Origin: Candidatus Brocadia sp.
Lineage (GTDB): Bacteria; Planctomycetota; Brocadiia; Brocadiales; Brocadiaceae
Length of the DNA: 32,000 nt
Reading direction: 5' to 3'
NCBI GenBank assembly: GCA_021650915.1
Contig: CP091279.1
Coordinates: 1,290,001 to 1,322,000 of the forward strand
The notes beneath the pieces are model-generated. The model saw only the letters and a list, made by a program, of their open reading frames with translations. It was not told the origin of the DNA and ran no database searches. Positions 29,114 through 32,000 of the stretch are shown here, one piece after another (position 1 is the first letter of the stretch; every line of letters begins with the position of its first letter). The position numbers were made by a program, and so were the translations under genes.

Positions 29114-31109
29114 GTGCCTTGAAGTATGGGATACCTAAGTGGTTGAAAATATCACCTCTGCGAGCCTAAATCCTCGTAGAGAAGTTTGTACCTATGCGTA
29201 TACAAAGGAACAATCCGTATGCGTAGAAGGATAGCGTATTCCCGTGAGGGGTATGACGGAGTTACGAGGTACAGACGACCTTTTGGGGTGTATGAGTATG
29301 GCGTGTTAGTTCGTGCCAACTGCCCTTTCTCAGTGAAGCACTGACAATGTCCTTGTTGGAGATGTCAAAAGAGACCTGGTGAAAACATCTCTGGATAATG
29401 CGTTTGAACATACATCACGAAGGGAAAAGGGGTAATTCATATGACCGGGGGAGGACTTACGTCTTGGGAAGAAATTCCCTAACAGCGAGGTATAAGGGAA
29501 ATCTGAAATCCAAGCTGTATGAGATGGTGACGGACGACTGGCTCTCACAGGTCTGTCTTTGAAGTCGTCAGCATTGCTCATAATAGTTTCTGGTGTGTAC
29601 CAGGAATGAAGGGGCATAACCGTAGTGGAGTTGATGAAACGTGGTAGATTGAATACGTTCCATGAGAAAAGAGACTCTTTGCATGGGCAAGTAGTAGCAA
29701 GAGCCTCTCTTGTTTTGCCTCTGTCAGGAGGAATCTCGACTCAGGAAACACGATTGACAAGTCTATTATCCGGAATCAATCAAAAGGAACATATCGGGAG
29801 ATGCTTAAGCATCATTCTTTAAGAGACAAGGTATTCAGTCTGAGAAACCTTTATGCGGCTTTTGGGCACGTAAAGAAGAATAAAGGCAAGGCTGGTCTCG
29901 ACAGGGTAAGTATTAAGCAGTTTGAAAGTGACCTTGAGAATAATCTACAAGCTGTTCACAAGGAACTGAAAACCGCCATATACAACCCTGCGCCCGTCCT
30001 AAGGGTCTACATTCCCAAAGGCAGGCATGACAAGAGACCTCTTGGCATTCCCATTGTCAAGGACAGGTAGTACAGCAAGCGGTCAGACAAATCATAGAGC
30101 CAATATTCGAGAAAGAATTCTCGGATAACAGCTTTGGATTTCGTCCAAACAGATGCTGTCATGATGCTATCAAACGGATTGAACAGTATAAGCAGCAAGG
30201 GTATCGGAACATTTTGGACGCCGATATAAAGGCGTTCTATGACACCATACCTCACAAGCTTATCATGAACTCCTTGCGTGAGAAAATCGCTGACGGATGG
30301 GTGTTGAACAGTATCGAGAACATGCTCAAGGCAGGGGTCATGGAGAACGGCATCGTGCACGAGACAAATCAAGGCACTCCGCAAGGAGGCGTCATATCTC
30401 CCTTGCTTGCAAACCTTATCGGTGACATCATCGACAAGGAGCTTGAAAAGGCAGGATATAAATTTGTCCGCTATGCCGATGACTTCGTTGTCATGACTAA
30501 AACAAAAGAAGAACTCCCTACCGCCCTTCAGTACGTCAAAGAAATCATCGAAGGGAAACTTGAAATGAAGCTGAGCGAGGATAAAACCAGGCTCACCAAC
30601 TTCAAACGAGGCTTCCGGTTTCTCGGATATAATTTCATGGGCAAGAACAAGGGTGTAAGCATGAAATCCCTGGACAAACTCAAGGACGCCGTCAGAGACA
30701 TCACCAAACGCACACAAGGCGTCAACCTGCAAGCCGTCATTGATACATTAAATCCTGTCATAAGGGGACATGTCAACTATTTTCGGCTGGGCAATGTACA
30801 AACGGTATATCGCTCGTTAGACTGCTGGGTACGCATGAGACTGAGAAGTTTCAAGTTTTCGAGAAAATGGAAAACTGACAACAAACGTTTCCCGGTACAC
30901 CGATTCTTTAAGATGGGGTTACTCTCATTTGAAAGAGAATTTCTTAAGGCACGTGCGAAGGCACGATAGTTTACTTTTCTCTGCTCCAGAGCAACACTAT
31001 GGGGTCGCTAACTACGGGAAAGCCGTATGGTTTAAAAGGATGCTTTGGTACGTTGTTCAAAGTATCTGGCGACGATTGGGGGTTGGAGGCGATTCGCCTC
31101 CTTCCTACC
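29114..31109 (+). mobile_element. group II intron, copy 2 (1996 nt), with a defective intron-encoded protein
   Basis: Collinear with 15477-17478 and differing by scattered SNPs. It has aaaagag where copy 1 has an A11 tract (15730-15740) and carries a 1-nt deletion in the RT ORF. Flanked by GGC | AGCT, as in copy 1. Confidence 0.85.
29801..30969 (+). pseudogene. group II intron RT/maturase, frameshifted
   Basis: GGG (copy 1, GACAGGGTAG) is GG here (GACAGGTAG, about 30066), producing a TAG at 30068-30070. The rest of the protein continues in another frame (ORF 30214-30969). Confidence 0.85.
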
Positions 31110-31124
31110 AGCTAGGTGAGTAAA

Positions 31125-31403
31125 ATGGCACGGACGACGGATAGCGATATGCGCGCCGAGTATGATTTTAGAGGTGGAGTGCGTGGCAAGCATTACAGAG
31201 CCATGCAAGCTGGATATACAATTACTATTCATGAAGCGGATGGCACAACTGTCGTTAAGGATGTGATACCAAAAGAGGGCGCAGTCATCCTGGAACCAGA
31301 TGTTAGAGCATATTTTCCAGATTCAGAATCAGTAAATAGGACTTTGCGTTGTTTAATTCCGCTGCTGCCCAAAAAGCTTAAAACAAAAGCTAAAAAGGCC
31401 TAA
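31125..31403 (+). CDS. putative antitoxin partner of BrnT
   Basis: MRAEYDFRGGVRGKHY...VILEPDVRAYFPDSESVNRTLRCLI resembles antitoxin-type small proteins found beside DUF497 toxins. The ATG lies 1 nt after the restored brnT stop (TAA at 31121-31123). Confidence 0.55.
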   Translation: MARTTDSDMRAEYDFRGGVRGKHYRAMQAGYTITIHEADGTTVVKDVIPKEGAVILEPDVRAYFPDSESVNRTLRCLIPLLPKKLKTKAKKA

Positions 31404-31444
31404 CAAGTCGCTCCGCTTAACCCACCCTTATACAGCAAACCAGC

Positions 31445-31579
31445 ATGAAGACAGGCAACGTTTACCAAGAATTTAAATCCTTAACGCAAAACCAGTGCAA
31501 ACATATTTTCGGCACACCTTTTTCTGAATTTGAAATTCCGCACCGGAAATGCAGGAAGGCGCAGAACAATGACCGTTGA
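31445..31579 (+). CDS. possible small ORF (44 aa)
   Basis: ATG-initiated ORF whose stop overlaps the start of the next ORF. No similarity recognised. Confidence 0.15.
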   Translation: MKTGNVYQEFKSLTQNQCKHIFGTPFSEFEIPHRKCRKAQNNDR

Positions 31580-32000
31580 TGTTAAGAAATTAGAACGCGC
31601 GTTACCCGTCCATGCCTATGGAAAAGACAAGGCCAAGAGTTTTCGGCAGCTTTTGAATGAAATTGCAACTGGCGAGACGCAAATCATCTGGCAGGAGAAC
31701 CGCCCCATCCGTTTGCTCAGCATTGTTGTTGTCAAAGTGCACTGCCGGGATAAGACCTTAGTTGAAGACCGGCAGGTGTTTCCTGACGGACGGGTTCGCT
31801 ATCGGGGAATTGAGGGACTTTCCGAAAAGCTTCATCCGCAGGAAGAACACAGCAAAGGAGTCTATCGTGCCCTGCAGGAAGAACTGGGTTTTTCGGCGGA
31901 TGAACTGCAAGGTATATCCATTCAGTTTTTGGGGCGGGAATGGGAGAAAAAGGAAAGCCTTTCATATCCGGGTCTTGAGTCGCACTATGACACTTATACA
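31569..32000 (+). CDS. partial ORF, possibly a Nudix-like hydrolase (3' end lies outside the window)
   Basis: Open from the ATG at 31569 to the window end. GLSEKLHPQEEHSKGVYRALQEELGF approximates the Nudix box Gx5Ex7REUxEExGU, with the first Glu of the REU element replaced by Ala. Confidence 0.3.
   Translation, partial: MTVDVKKLERALPVHAYGKDKAKSFRQLLNEIATGETQIIWQENRPIRLLSIVVVKVHCRDKTLVEDRQVFPDGRVRYRGIEGLSEKLHPQEEHSKGVYRALQEELGFSADELQGISIQFLGREWEKKESLSYPGLESHYDTYT

Noticed and set aside
1-32000. CRISPR arrays, tRNA or rRNA genes.
   Set aside because: No regularly spaced short direct repeats with unique spacers were found. All tandem repeats are long in-frame coding repeats. No tRNA-like T-arm signatures or rRNA signatures were noticed.

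Overview
This is an accessory-rich bacterial window with an ordinary gene backbone that has been heavily invaded by mobile elements. All calls were made by eye; no searches or folding were run.

Backbone genes:
- The 3' end of a Ser/Thr kinase and a matrixin-type zinc metalloprotease.
- A minus-strand cluster of secreted, lipoprotein and TPR proteins.
- mgtE, a DUF362/ferredoxin protein and a B12-binding radical SAM protein.
- bioA-bioD and thiC.
- Two toxin-antitoxin loci and a partial Nudix-like ORF.

Main points of interest:
1. A repetitive surface-protein gene (10550-23285, minus strand) of about 2286 codons is broken into three pieces by two unrelated insertion sequences. It also appears frameshifted at an A5 tract just after its ATG.
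2. One of those elements, an IS1634-type IS, has its own transposase gene split by a 2.0 kb group II intron that encodes an intact RT/maturase. The same transposase also carries an in-frame TGA at codon 8. This gives three nested layers: intron inside IS inside gene.
3. A second, about 99% identical intron copy with a frameshifted RT gene sits 12 nt before the stop codon of a brnT-like toxin gene. It separates that gene from its antitoxin gene. Both introns are in the sense orientation at a shared GGC^AGCT site, and clean excision restores both host reading frames.
4. Two tandem paralogous sRNA-like units lie at 2600-2975 (minus strand). Each has a hairpin followed by a T-tract, the two stems differ by a compensatory base-pair change, and one unit has a near-consensus sigma70 promoter.
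5. A G14 homopolymer lies in the 5' coding region of a small secreted protein gene.
6. REP-like palindromes lie next to a degraded Y1 (RayT/IS200-like) transposase fragment.
7. A ParE/RelE-like toxin gene is inactivated by TGG->TGA.
8. The thiC leader shows only a partial THI-box resemblance.

No CRISPR array, rRNA or tRNA was seen.
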